Shown one piece after another: positions 25,401-32,897 of a DNA stretch of 64,000 bases. The DNA comes from Acutalibacteraceae bacterium (GTDB lineage Bacteria > Bacillota > Clostridia > Oscillospirales > Acutalibacteraceae): positions 136,825 through 200,824 of the forward strand of contig JAZNVC010000001.1 of the NCBI GenBank assembly GCA_045592625.1, given 5' to 3'. Each line of letters starts with the position of its first letter. Positions within the stretch are counted from its first letter, which is position 1. Position numbers and translations under genes: made by a program. The notes under the pieces are model-generated. The model worked only from the letters and a program-made list of their open reading frames with translations, was not told where the DNA came from and made no database searches.

Positions 25401-25781
25401 ATTGACGTCAAGGAAAACGATAAGGACGGTAAGATAGTATTTAAAACCCTTACCTTTAAGGAAGCGGGAACCTATAATTACACCGTTAAGGAAAAAATAG
25501 ACCAAACCGAAAACGGAATGGAATATGATACCAGAGAATATAGTGTAATCATTGAAGTTGCCGATAACGAAAAGGGTAGTTTAGTGGCTACGGCTCAGTT
25601 CAAAGTAGGCGATGAAGAACAAAGAAGTGTTGAATTCGTCAATAAATATAAAGAGCCTCTACCCACTCCTGACACATCAGATACAAATCACATTGCAGTG
25701 CTCAGTGTTATTGCAGGTGTTTTGGCTCTGGCAATTATAATTCTTCTTATTTACAAAAATAAAAGAAATAAAACTGATTAA
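19407..25781 (+). CDS. Giant surface protein: signal peptide, vWA domain, seven pilin isopeptide-type repeats and a C-terminal TM anchor
   Basis: I prefer the ATG at 19407 (RBS AGAGG), giving 2124 aa. Signal peptide ..MNVGAAA. MIDAS motif ILVLDLSGSM. Seven repeats of the type (Y/H).Y.(I/V/L).E....G..YD...Y.V.V.V. C-terminus is PLPTPDTSDT, a TM segment, then KNKRNKTD. No LPXTG motif is present. Confidence 0.85.
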   Translation: MKNTKNLTFKKLLSVFLAVVMVFSMIPMLVMNVGAAADFTKVTDPSTVNDWKAFFGPKTENTTWAGGVWSDKSVFSTVADYIAATDEVEGNDFNLSIDNKNFLVALSTIASSKSVEGYSTLPTDTILVLDLSGSMDVDQGTDPYVTMVNSANSAIEELLSLNANNRVGVIAYSGNTNQNDAATSSTATVILPLGRWEKGIDSSNNRVYLVSSWRQNNSTRNGVKVASGVTGTIAEGVKSTFSTNNSKQVTGGTYTQNGIYKAQQMFSEVTYTTVQEGIQAGAKRKPVMVIMSDGCPTIASTNYTNIGTSNSGDGTETNYGSNGIAFMTQLTAAWARDKIEEKYDSEPLVYTLGLNVGNKAPALSLLDPSNNTSTDSYWTTFKGLKDKTNKTMTVQIRVNGTENKTITYTAPVNEERGWSEDYVTKYFGANSVSSLNKAFEDIVEQIVIQSLYYPTLVSDGNSIDHDGFLEFDDYIGKNMEVKAVKGIQLGSKLYDGSTLAKMIYQGGMGTVDAPTEAGNNMVWAVKSRMGIEDTSVARELIGKAYASGQLYYHINEDDGTVEYSNYIGWYADKDGKYVAFWDGEDASLNAVPENIKEKVVYANKSYGYYDAVGEGHRKTDMMYATILVRTTVNGEAQGIADATETGDTRVIGKIPASLIPLVEYDIQLNGTDPLDPASLTIKGATAPSRLLYEVGLSSKIDLLDIENTAPDKLVKDADGNYVFYTNQWDDIESDGYQYKYSENHNTISFFEPSKENERYYYNIDTPIYTDTNGTLYNSSSAPTYNVNKPLYHRTVIYKVEGNKTVAEWQYEQISEHVLTHEGDIAKKQDNTWYVTAGTIHHYFGDYVMEKAKNETGTIKCSDMPFVHDLEVGVNHNEYHVDSFLGNNGKLTFDAYEGIKISKTSDATITDKTLDFEFNVTADLNGELTLIKENALGERTESEINFNGAYTVTLKHGESFWLLGEALIGKTVTVKENTQGKDYKVLSVNSDKNLEEAVINVASGVIASAQFINTIPQEGDVVIAKTVVSSIDGHFDDSFSFEIALEGAQAQKSYDLVFSNGTTDTITDAGKVITLKHGENVAIRKLEENVVVKVKEINIPKGFAVDETEKSVTVEAGELHYISFTNTYSASPTLPADINITINKNLLDDNGNAADWNGKFAFKVQYFDGNDYVDIKDAEITYSKNSANSVGVDILENKTYDAVGDYYYRIVEVVDEDNVKAGIVYDTTYCRFVVRVADDGEGKLYISEVANISDTQISGKNVTAEFNNNYKVNGAAEVIIDINKTVKNIHNQTANLLPAGYSFSLYPADEDFNITGSAVAVSPETAAAGTARISLVFDKIDLAGTHNYVLKENGGNIQGVGYTDKEYHVTVVVGHSNGYYNISVKLMDENEKVIKETSASAREGNIVAVAEIDGADFENTFTPGEVILTTDLTANKFLVGRDIVNNDNFRFGLFKADSSFNAGDMLKEATADMNGLISFGKISYNDEGKRYYVVREIIPSEAVNNKHNGITYDTKEYHISVDVTGDSTTGKLSCAYEITLNGQPVNVITFNNVYETEPVNATINGTKTLLGGIRKLQSRAFSFELLKDGQVIDTVHNGLPTDDYIAPFSFNLSYTEAGVYTYTVREKLPKNIDANGKYAGVKWDQNVYPVTVTVTDNGTGALTAEVDYNNSSNAVAFSNTYSVEAVKETISLTKKLLGDKIEKYVGEKAFSFQLYSATLDDNAVTPVNLIDTASNDANGNVTFGEITYNTIGGYYYIIKEAVPEEKDELMVYDSAYFIVEIDVTDNLSGQLVTTKKITKVLNSEKTEETQIIFNNEIKPEKQSVNITGEKQYNKNLKDGMFTFELYQALKDADGNVNAVGEAVLTVSNIGKNFKFEDVNLTDDEGNMAKTEYLTYSNEGEYYYVVKEVLPEGAEDGKKDGIKYDTKEHVVKVTVRKVLDDTGRDVLSVQVESDDNGLIVVNEYSTLDAQYTIEAKKVLEGRELEKGEFEFALYDKNGAEIDVKENDKDGKIVFKTLTFKEAGTYNYTVKEKIDQTENGMEYDTREYSVIIEVADNEKGSLVATAQFKVGDEEQRSVEFVNKYKEPLPTPDTSDTNHIAVLSVIAGVLALAIIILLIYKNKRNKTD

Positions 25782-25785
25782 TTAA

Positions 25786-25822
25786 AAATACGGCTGTGTT
25801 AACCGACACAGCCGTATTTATT
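25786..25822 (+). terminator. Terminator after the adhesin gene
   Basis: aatacggctgtgt..acacagccgtatt hairpin followed by a T-run. Confidence 0.75.
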
Positions 25823-25894
25823 TCTGATTTGTTAATATTTTTTACTTCTCTTGACTATTTAACTTTAAAGATATAAAATAATGGTAGTATTTTT

Positions 25895-27457
25895 TTGAAG
25901 AGAGGGAAAAACTTGACAAAGAATAAAAAGGTGAACAAAAAACTTGTTGCTTCGCTTATAATATTATTTTTAGGAAATTTGCTTTTCTTCTTTACGGTAT
26001 GGCTTTTAAGAAAATATGACCACATCTATCTTGATCAGGTGCTTTTTCAGTTAAAATCTCCCGCAAACGGTGCTAATCGCAGCTTGGCGGGAAGTGTTGT
26101 TATGCAGGTGGGAGTATATCCAGTTTTATTTACCGCCCTTGAAACTTTTTTATATCTTTTTTTGGGCGGCTTTATTAAAAAATTCAAAAAAAATGAAAGA
26201 TATGCCAAATACTGTCTTGGTAAATTTTGTAATTTTATAAAAAGGGTTGCTATGCCTGTTGCACTTTCTACCCTTCTTGTTTCGGTAACCTTTTTTTCGG
26301 CAAAGCTTGAAGTGGTAAGTTATATAAGCGTTGCTTCTACCGAGTCGGATTTTATTATTCAAAACTATAAAAACCCAAGTGAAGCAAAAATCACCTTCCC
26401 TGAAAATAAACGCAATCTTATATATATAATGCTTGAATCTATGGAATGTACCTATGCCGATACTGCGGCAGGGGGCAATATAACCGATAATTTTATTCCC
26501 GAACTTAAAAAACTGGCTGATGATAACGTGAATTTTTCCAATACCCAGGAATTCGGCGGTGCTCTTTCTTATTCGGGAACAACCTGGACGTCAGCAGCTA
26601 TGGTGGCACAGACTTCAGGTATGCTTATAAAGGTGCCCATTGCAAGTGAAACCTACGGCGGAGAAAATTCCTTTATGCCGGGTGTAACCACTCTGGCGGA
26701 AATTCTTAAAAAAGAGGGGTACAGTCAAACCCTTTTAGTAGGAAGTGATGCCGATTTCGGCGGCAGAAAGACCTATTTTTGTGAGCATGGCGATATGAAT
26801 ATCGTTGATATAAATTCTCTTAAAGAGGAAAAAAGATTGCCTAAGGATTATAGGCAATGGTGGGGCTTTGAGGACGATAAGCTGTTTGATTTTGCAAAGG
26901 AAGAAATAGAAAAACTGTATCAAAGCGGTAAACCCTTTAATTTCACGATGCTTACTGCCGACACCCATTTTCCCGACGGATATGAATGTAAAGACTGCAA
27001 AAACAAGTGGGATAATCAGTACGCAAACGTGCTTTCCTGTTCTTCAAAAAGGGTTTTGGAATTCGTCCAATGGATTAAAGAACAGCCTTTTTATGAGAAC
27101 ACAACCATAGTAATATGCGGAGACCATTTGACTATGGACCCCGAATTTTTAAAGAGTATAGATAAGAATTATACCCGCACGGTTTATAACTGCTTTATAA
27201 ATGCATCTGTAGTGCCGGTTAAGGAAAAGAGCCGCAAATTCGGCACCTTTGATTTATTCCCCACAACAGTTGCCGCTTTGGGTGCAACTATCGAGGGAGA
27301 AAGGTTGGGACTTGGAACAAATCTTTTCTCAAATCTGCCCACCTTAACCGAGGAGTACGGGTTTGAAACCCTTGACAGCGAGTTGCAGAAAAAATCACAG
27401 TTCTATAACGAGCAGATACTTGAAATGGAAAGCCCTGCAATATTTTTAAAGGAGTAA
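25895..27457 (+). CDS. LTA-synthase / sulfatase-family membrane protein
   Basis: 520 aa. N-terminal TM segments precede an extracellular sulfatase-like domain (MLESMECTY, SGTTWTS, TADTHFPDGY, GDH). The exact start is uncertain: TTG at 25895, with alternatives at 25913 and 25931. Confidence 0.7.
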   Translation: MKRGKNLTKNKKVNKKLVASLIILFLGNLLFFFTVWLLRKYDHIYLDQVLFQLKSPANGANRSLAGSVVMQVGVYPVLFTALETFLYLFLGGFIKKFKKNERYAKYCLGKFCNFIKRVAMPVALSTLLVSVTFFSAKLEVVSYISVASTESDFIIQNYKNPSEAKITFPENKRNLIYIMLESMECTYADTAAGGNITDNFIPELKKLADDNVNFSNTQEFGGALSYSGTTWTSAAMVAQTSGMLIKVPIASETYGGENSFMPGVTTLAEILKKEGYSQTLLVGSDADFGGRKTYFCEHGDMNIVDINSLKEEKRLPKDYRQWWGFEDDKLFDFAKEEIEKLYQSGKPFNFTMLTADTHFPDGYECKDCKNKWDNQYANVLSCSSKRVLEFVQWIKEQPFYENTTIVICGDHLTMDPEFLKSIDKNYTRTVYNCFINASVVPVKEKSRKFGTFDLFPTTVAALGATIEGERLGLGTNLFSNLPTLTEEYGFETLDSELQKKSQFYNEQILEMESPAIFLKE

Positions 27458-27460
27458 TAT

Positions 27461-28189
27461 ATGAGCCAAAATAAAAAAAGCGAAACCCTTGCACAACGGG
27501 ACAAAGCCAGAAAAGATTTTCTTGAGCTTAAGGCAATGCAGGCGAAAGCACTAACCGAAGAAGCAACCGAGCATAAGCCTTATGAGAACGAAATAAAGCC
27601 TAAAACCTTTGGTGAAAAAATAAGTCACTTTTTTTACTATAATTGGAGAGCTGTTTTGATTACGGCATTGTGCCTTAGCGTTATAATAGTTGCTACCGTT
27701 AGCTGTATGAATAAGAAAAAAGCAGACTTAAAAATTGTTGTTTATGATAACAGAATTCTTGCAGATATGTACGTTCCCGAAATTGAGGACTATTTTGCTC
27801 AGTTTTGCGAAGATTATAACTCAGACGGCGAGGTTTACGTTCAGGTTATAAACTGTACATATCAGACAGGGGTTTCAACGGCACAGTATCAAAACACTAT
27901 GATGCAACGCCTTCAGAGTGTTATTGTAACAGATGCTGAATGTATGCTTATAATAACCGGCGATTTAGGTAAACAGTATTTTGATAATTACCTTACGGGA
28001 GTGCTTAATGAAGAGGGAACACCCCTTCAGGAAGATTATTATAACTGTGCCTTTGAAAAAGAAATTAAAATTCCCGATAACGTTAAAATTTACTTAAGAA
28101 ATACAAAAGGTACGCTTATAGAAGATAACGAAAAATCTCAGAAAACTATTGAAAACAGTAAAAAATTTATCGAAAAGATGTCAAAATAA
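27461..28189 (+). CDS. Hypothetical single-pass membrane protein
   Basis: 242 aa with an AAGGAG RBS and one TM segment (AVLITALCLSVIIVATV). I recognise no family. Confidence 0.6.
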   Translation: MSQNKKSETLAQRDKARKDFLELKAMQAKALTEEATEHKPYENEIKPKTFGEKISHFFYYNWRAVLITALCLSVIIVATVSCMNKKKADLKIVVYDNRILADMYVPEIEDYFAQFCEDYNSDGEVYVQVINCTYQTGVSTAQYQNTMMQRLQSVIVTDAECMLIITGDLGKQYFDNYLTGVLNEEGTPLQEDYYNCAFEKEIKIPDNVKIYLRNTKGTLIEDNEKSQKTIENSKKFIEKMSK

Positions 28190-28204
28190 CAGGGGATATA
28201 AAAA

Positions 28205-29536
28205 ATGGGGAAGTTGACAAGAAAACAGAAAATTTTAAGACGTAATTTGTTTTTGTGCCTTTGTGCAAGTGTACTTTGCCTTATAATTTCTATTGCGGGT
28301 TGGGGTATAAGTAAACTTATCGGTTCTGGCGGAGAGGATTTATCCTTAGATAAGGACAGCGTAGCAAGTCAGCCTGAAGAACCTTATGTAGTATCATCTG
28401 CAAAGGTGCTTAATACGGGGGATATACTTATACATTCTCCCTTGCTGACCGCCGCAAAGGAAAGCGACGGTTATGACTTTTCACCCCTTTACAGAGAGGT
28501 TTCCTCTTATTTTAACGAGGCTGACCTTACTATAGCAAATCTTGAAGTTACTCTTGGCGGCAGTGAATCGGGCAGTTTTAAGGGCTATCCCGCATTTAAT
28601 ACGCCCGATGACCTTATTGATGATATAAAGGCAGCAGGGGTGGATATGCTTCTTACCTCCAATAACCATTGCTATGATACGGGATTATACGGGCTAAAAC
28701 GTACGGCAAGGGTGCTAAAGGAAAAAAATATGCCCTTTATCGGCACAAGGGAAGCATCAAATGAGGCTCTTTATACAATAAAGGACGTTAATGACATTAA
28801 AATCGGTATGGCTTGCTATACATATGAAAATGTTTATCAAGGAGGAGGAACAAAATCTATAAACGGCAGAATTGTCAGTAGCGATGCGGCTGACTTGCTT
28901 TCTTCCTTCTGCTATGAAAAAATTGATGAGTTCTATGTTGAAGCCGAGAATGTTATTAGTGATATGAAGCAAAACGGTGCCGAGGCAATAGTTTTTTATA
29001 TGCATTGGGGCAACGAATATCAGCTTAAACAAAATACTTGGCAAACTAAAATTGCCCAAAAACTTTGCGACCTTGGAGTTGACGTAATCGTAGGGGGACA
29101 TCCCCACGTTATTCAGCCTATTGAGCTTATTACCTCTACCGACGGCCAAAGAAAAACGGTCTGTCTTTATTCTATGGGAAATTCCGTTTCTAATCAGCGG
29201 CTTAGCCTTCTTTATACCGACTGCCCCACAGGACACACCGAGGACGGTATGCTTTTCTACTATACCTTTGATAAATACAGCGATGGTAAAGTGGTTTTAA
29301 GCGGAGTTGATATTATTCCTGCTTGGGTGGAAAAGACAGGAAGCGGCAGTAATGCAGAATATATTCTTCACGCCTTGACTGATGAAAATGCCTTTTATAA
29401 TAAGGGACTGTCTTCTTCAACAGGAAAAAATTCCTATAACCGCACAAAAGCAATCGTTTCAAAAGGTCTTACCGAATGTCAGCAGTATTTAGGCTGTGAG
29501 ATACGTTTTAAAGAAAATACAGGTTTAAATCCATAA
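28205..29536 (+). CDS. CapA-family (PGA_cap) metallophosphatase-like envelope protein
   Basis: 443 aa. N-terminal TM segment, then NLE....G, SNNHCYD and GGHPHVIQP motifs. Confidence 0.75.
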   Translation: MGKLTRKQKILRRNLFLCLCASVLCLIISIAGWGISKLIGSGGEDLSLDKDSVASQPEEPYVVSSAKVLNTGDILIHSPLLTAAKESDGYDFSPLYREVSSYFNEADLTIANLEVTLGGSESGSFKGYPAFNTPDDLIDDIKAAGVDMLLTSNNHCYDTGLYGLKRTARVLKEKNMPFIGTREASNEALYTIKDVNDIKIGMACYTYENVYQGGGTKSINGRIVSSDAADLLSSFCYEKIDEFYVEAENVISDMKQNGAEAIVFYMHWGNEYQLKQNTWQTKIAQKLCDLGVDVIVGGHPHVIQPIELITSTDGQRKTVCLYSMGNSVSNQRLSLLYTDCPTGHTEDGMLFYYTFDKYSDGKVVLSGVDIIPAWVEKTGSGSNAEYILHALTDENAFYNKGLSSSTGKNSYNRTKAIVSKGLTECQQYLGCEIRFKENTGLNP

Positions 29537-29580
29537 AATAGAATGTCGATAAGAGTCGTACTCTAAAGGACAGTAATTAA

Positions 29581-29612
29581 AAAAGCAGAAACGAAATTCG
29601 TTTCTGCTTTTG
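29581..29612 (+). terminator. Terminator after the capA-like gene
   Basis: agcagaaacg-aaat-tcgtttctgct followed by tttg. Confidence 0.75.
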
Positions 29613-29634
29613 TTATATAAGGTTTTAGGATATC

Positions 29635-29783
29635 CTAAAGAAATGGAATATGTTGTTCTTTGATAATCAGTTCTTTTAGTTTGAATCCTGCATCTTCAAA
29701 TAGTTTCATAACATCTTACCGCTCCATTTTGCATCGTGAGTTGCCCAATCTCCACGTTTTGGGAAAGACCAATGGGTAGTCAT
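29635..29783 (-). pseudogene. Remnant of an N4/N6 DNA methyltransferase with its core deleted
   Basis: The minus strand encodes MTTHWSFPKRGDWATHDAKWSGKML* (29783-29706). In another frame it encodes ..FEDAGFKLKELIIKEQHIPFL* (29699-29635). From memory, these resemble the extreme N- and C-termini of COG0863-type methylases. The SAM-binding and catalytic core is absent. Confidence 0.35.
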
Positions 29784-29805
29784 TTCTAATTCAAAATCAT
29801 CAAAA

Positions 29806-29838
29806 TGCGGGGATGTCTTATCGACATTCCCGCATTTT
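29806..29838 (-). terminator. tyrS terminator
   Basis: The minus strand reads atgcggg-aatgtcgataagacat-ccccgcat followed by tttt. Confidence 0.6.
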
Positions 29839-29858
29839 TATAAAACTATACTTTTAAT

Positions 29859-31079
29859 TTAGATATTAACCTTAATAAATTTCTTTTTGCCCTTTTGAAT
29901 AAGGAGTCCTGCTTCTAACTGCTCTTTTGTATAAAAGGTTGCGGGAACGGTAAGTTTTTCTTGGTTTACGCTTACTCCGCCTTGGGTAACTAAGGTTCTT
30001 GCCTCGCTTTTAGAACCGCAAAGACCGCTTTTTACCATAATGTCAAGAATGCCAATACCGTTTTCCCCTAAATCATCTTGGCTAAGGGTAAAGGTAGGCA
30101 TATCGGCAGAATCTTTACCGCCTGCAAAAATATTTTTAGCAGCAGCCAAAGCCTTTTCTGCTTCTTCCTTGCCGTGAACAAGTTTGGTAAGCTCATAGGC
30201 GAGAATTTCTTTTGCCTTATTAAGTTCACTGCCTTCCCACTTGTCCATTTCATCAATCTGTTCAAGAGGTAAGAAGGTAAGCATACGAATGCACTTAAGT
30301 ACGTCGCTGTCTGCCACGTTTCTCCAGTACTGGAAGAACTCATAAGGAGAGGTCTTGTTTGCGTCAAGCCAAACGGCATTTCCTGCTGTTTTGCCCATTT
30401 TCTTGCCCTGAGAGTCGGTAAGAAGGGTAATGGTCATTGCATGAGCATCCTTGCCAAGCTTTCTTCTGATAAGCTCGGTACCGCCAAGCATATTACTCCA
30501 TTGGTCGTCACCGCCGAACTGCATATTACAGCCGTAGTGCTGATAGAGGTAATAAAAGTCGTAGCTTTGCATAATCATATAGTTGAACTCTAGGAAGGAA
30601 AGACCCTTTTCCATTCTTTGTTTATAACATTCTGCTCTGAGCATATTGTTTACCGAGAAACAGGCGCCAACCTCACGGAGTAAATCAACGTAATTAAGAT
30701 TTAAAAGCCAATCGGCATTGTTAACCATTTTTGCTTTGCCTTCGCCAAACTCAATAAAACGTTCCATCTGACGCTTAAAACATTCAGCGTTATGGTCAAT
30801 ATCTTCTTTTGTCAGCATTTTTCTCATATCGGTTCTGCCGGAGGGGTCGCCTATCATAGTAGTGCCGCCGCCGATAAGAGCAACAGGCTTGTTACCTGCC
30901 ATCTGTAAACGCTTCATAAGGGTTAGAGCCATAAAGTGACCTGCAGTAAGGCTGTCAGCGGTACAGTCAAAACCAATATAAAAGGTTGCCTTTCCGCTGT
31001 TTATCATTTCTCTGATTTCGCTTTCATTTGTTACCTGTGCAATAAGACCGCGGGCAACAAGTTCTTCATAAATTCCCAT
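29859..31079 (-). CDS. tyrS: Tyrosine--tRNA ligase
   Basis: I chose the start MGIYEELVARGLI at 31079 (RBS GGAGG). HIGH-like motif (LTAGH), KMGKT (KMSKS) motif and a C-terminal S4 domain. The ORF-track extension to 31145 runs into the T-box terminator. Confidence 0.93.
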   Translation of the reverse strand: MGIYEELVARGLIAQVTNESEIREMINSGKATFYIGFDCTADSLTAGHFMALTLMKRLQMAGNKPVALIGGGTTMIGDPSGRTDMRKMLTKEDIDHNAECFKRQMERFIEFGEGKAKMVNNADWLLNLNYVDLLREVGACFSVNNMLRAECYKQRMEKGLSFLEFNYMIMQSYDFYYLYQHYGCNMQFGGDDQWSNMLGGTELIRRKLGKDAHAMTITLLTDSQGKKMGKTAGNAVWLDANKTSPYEFFQYWRNVADSDVLKCIRMLTFLPLEQIDEMDKWEGSELNKAKEILAYELTKLVHGKEEAEKALAAAKNIFAGGKDSADMPTFTLSQDDLGENGIGILDIMVKSGLCGSKSEARTLVTQGGVSVNQEKLTVPATFYTKEQLEAGLLIQKGKKKFIKVNI

Positions 31080-31084
31080 AATTT

Positions 31085-31328
31085 TTTCCTCCAAAAAATA
31101 AAAATCCCCTGTCAAAAGACAGAGGGCGAAAGTTCGCGGTACCACCTCTATTTATATGCAAAAGCATACCTCGGTGTGTTAAAACACTATGCTTTAACGG
31201 GCATAACTCGGTTTTCACAGCTCAAAAAGTGTATTTGCAAAGGTTTTTTACAGCCCCTTTCACCAAACGGAGCCTCTCTGGGTAAAAATAAATTTGCTAC
31301 TTTTCTTTTATCAAAGCCTTTAAATATC
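31085..31328 (-). promoter_or_regulatory. T-box riboswitch leader (Tyr specifier)
   Basis: The minus strand has AGAGAGG...GGTGAAA stem I elements and a candidate specifier AAA-TAC-A. The T-box sequence AATAGAGGTGGTACCGCG is present, followed by the terminator ccctctgtc-tttt-gacagggg and a T-run. Confidence 0.85.
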
Positions 31329-31334
31329 ACAATG

Positions 31335-31363
31335 ATTATATATCATTACAGCATTTTTGTCAA
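31335..31363 (-). promoter_or_regulatory. tyrS promoter
   Basis: The minus strand reads TTGACA, 17 nt, TATAAT. Confidence 0.65.
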
Positions 31364-31371
31364 CCGAATTG

Positions 31372-31400
31372 TTGAATAAAGCGTCTTTTTATGTTATAAT
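31372..31400 (+). promoter_or_regulatory. Promoter of the citrate synthase operon
   Basis: TTGAAT, 17 nt, TGtTATAAT (extended -10). Confidence 0.55.
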
Positions 31401-31476
31401 CAATTTGAATAAGAAGGCGTTGATTAATTATAAATGCCTTAATACTCTCTAACTCAGATAAGAAAGGATATTTTTA

Positions 31477-32853
31477 ATGTCGTATAATAAAAAGATTAAT
31501 TATTCCGAAATAACCGATAACATAGTTAAGTATGCGAATCTTTGCGTTAAGGACTGCCATATTCAGCCCGAAATGTATATAAAGCACAAGGTAATGCGAG
31601 GACTTCGCGACCTTGACGGAAAGGGAGTACTTACAGGACTTACTGAGGTTTCCGAAATAAATTCACGAAAAATTATTGATGGGAAAGAGGTTTTAATTCC
31701 GGGCGAACTCTTTTACAGAGGTTATAAAATTGAAGATTTGGTTGAGGGTTTTGTAAAGGATAACCGTTTTGGTTTTGAAGAAATAACCTACCTTTTACTT
31801 TTCGGTATGCTGCCAAACGGAGAAGAGCTATCCGATTTTAAAGATGTTTTGAATTCATACAGAAGTCTGCCAAACTCCTTTGTAAGAGACATAATAATGA
31901 AGGCGCCTTCTCACGATATGATGAACTCCCTTGCCCGAAGTGTTTTAACACTTTATTCCTACGACAGTAACCCTGACGATACCTCGGTCGAAAATGTTTT
32001 AAGACAGTGTTTACAGCTAATTGCCGTTTTCCCAATGCTCAGCGTTTACGGATACCATTCTTATAACTATTATATTCGTAATAATAACAGCTTTTTTATC
32101 CACAACCCCGAGCCTCATTTATCTGCGGCAGAAAATATTTTGCATATGCTGCGAATTGATAGTAAATATACTCCTCTTGAAGCTAAACTTCTTGATATGG
32201 CACTTGTGCTGCACGCAGAGCACGGAGGAGGTAATAACTCTACCTTTACCACCCACGTTGTCTCCTCGTCGGGAACCGATACCTATTCCGCTATTGCGGC
32301 TGCACTGGGTTCATTAAAGGGTCCCCGTCACGGCGGTGCAAACATAAAGGTTTGCACAATGTTTGAGGATATTAAGGAAAACGTTAAAGACTGGGAGGAC
32401 GAGGCTGAAATTTCAGAGTATCTTACCAAGCTTTTAAGAAAAGAAGCAGGAGACTGTTCGGGGCTCATTTACGGTATGGGACACGCGGTTTATTCGGTAA
32501 GTGACCCCAGAGCCACTATTTTAAAGCATTATGTTAAAACCCTTTCGGATGAAAAAGGACTTGGAAAAGAATATAACCTTTATGCCCTTGTAGAACGTCT
32601 TGCACCCAAGGTTATAGCAAAGGAACGAAAAATTTATAAGGGCGTTTCGGCAAACATTGACTTCTATTCGGGCTTTGTTTACGATATGTTGGGGCTTCCT
32701 CATGAGCTGTATACTCCGCTTTTTGCTATTGCAAGAATTGTGGGATGGAGTGCGCATAGACTTGAAGAACTTATAAATGCAGGTAAAATTATACGTCCTG
32801 CTTATATGGCTGTTCAGCCCAGAAGAGATTATATTGATATAGAAAAAAGATAA
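31477..32853 (+). CDS. Citrate (Si)-synthase family protein
   Basis: 458 aa. It has LHAEHGGGNNSTF, GPRHGGAN and GMGHAVY motifs. Confidence 0.88.
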   Translation: MSYNKKINYSEITDNIVKYANLCVKDCHIQPEMYIKHKVMRGLRDLDGKGVLTGLTEVSEINSRKIIDGKEVLIPGELFYRGYKIEDLVEGFVKDNRFGFEEITYLLLFGMLPNGEELSDFKDVLNSYRSLPNSFVRDIIMKAPSHDMMNSLARSVLTLYSYDSNPDDTSVENVLRQCLQLIAVFPMLSVYGYHSYNYYIRNNNSFFIHNPEPHLSAAENILHMLRIDSKYTPLEAKLLDMALVLHAEHGGGNNSTFTTHVVSSSGTDTYSAIAAALGSLKGPRHGGANIKVCTMFEDIKENVKDWEDEAEISEYLTKLLRKEAGDCSGLIYGMGHAVYSVSDPRATILKHYVKTLSDEKGLGKEYNLYALVERLAPKVIAKERKIYKGVSANIDFYSGFVYDMLGLPHELYTPLFAIARIVGWSAHRLEELINAGKIIRPAYMAVQPRRDYIDIEKR

Positions 32854-32897
32854 ATCCTTACCGTCACTTAACGGGCGGTGAAAAACAGGGTGAGAAA

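Noticed and set aside
17063-25781. A classical sortase-dependent pilus locus.
   Set aside because: I looked for LPXTG-like motifs at both C-termini and for a sortase (TLxTC) gene in all 64 kb and found neither. The pilin-type repeats are real, but assembly by a sortase is unsupported here.
32854-32897. A SAM (S-box) riboswitch or T-box upstream of metF.
   Set aside because: The gap is only 44 nt, far too short for either leader. It contains only a weak hairpin.
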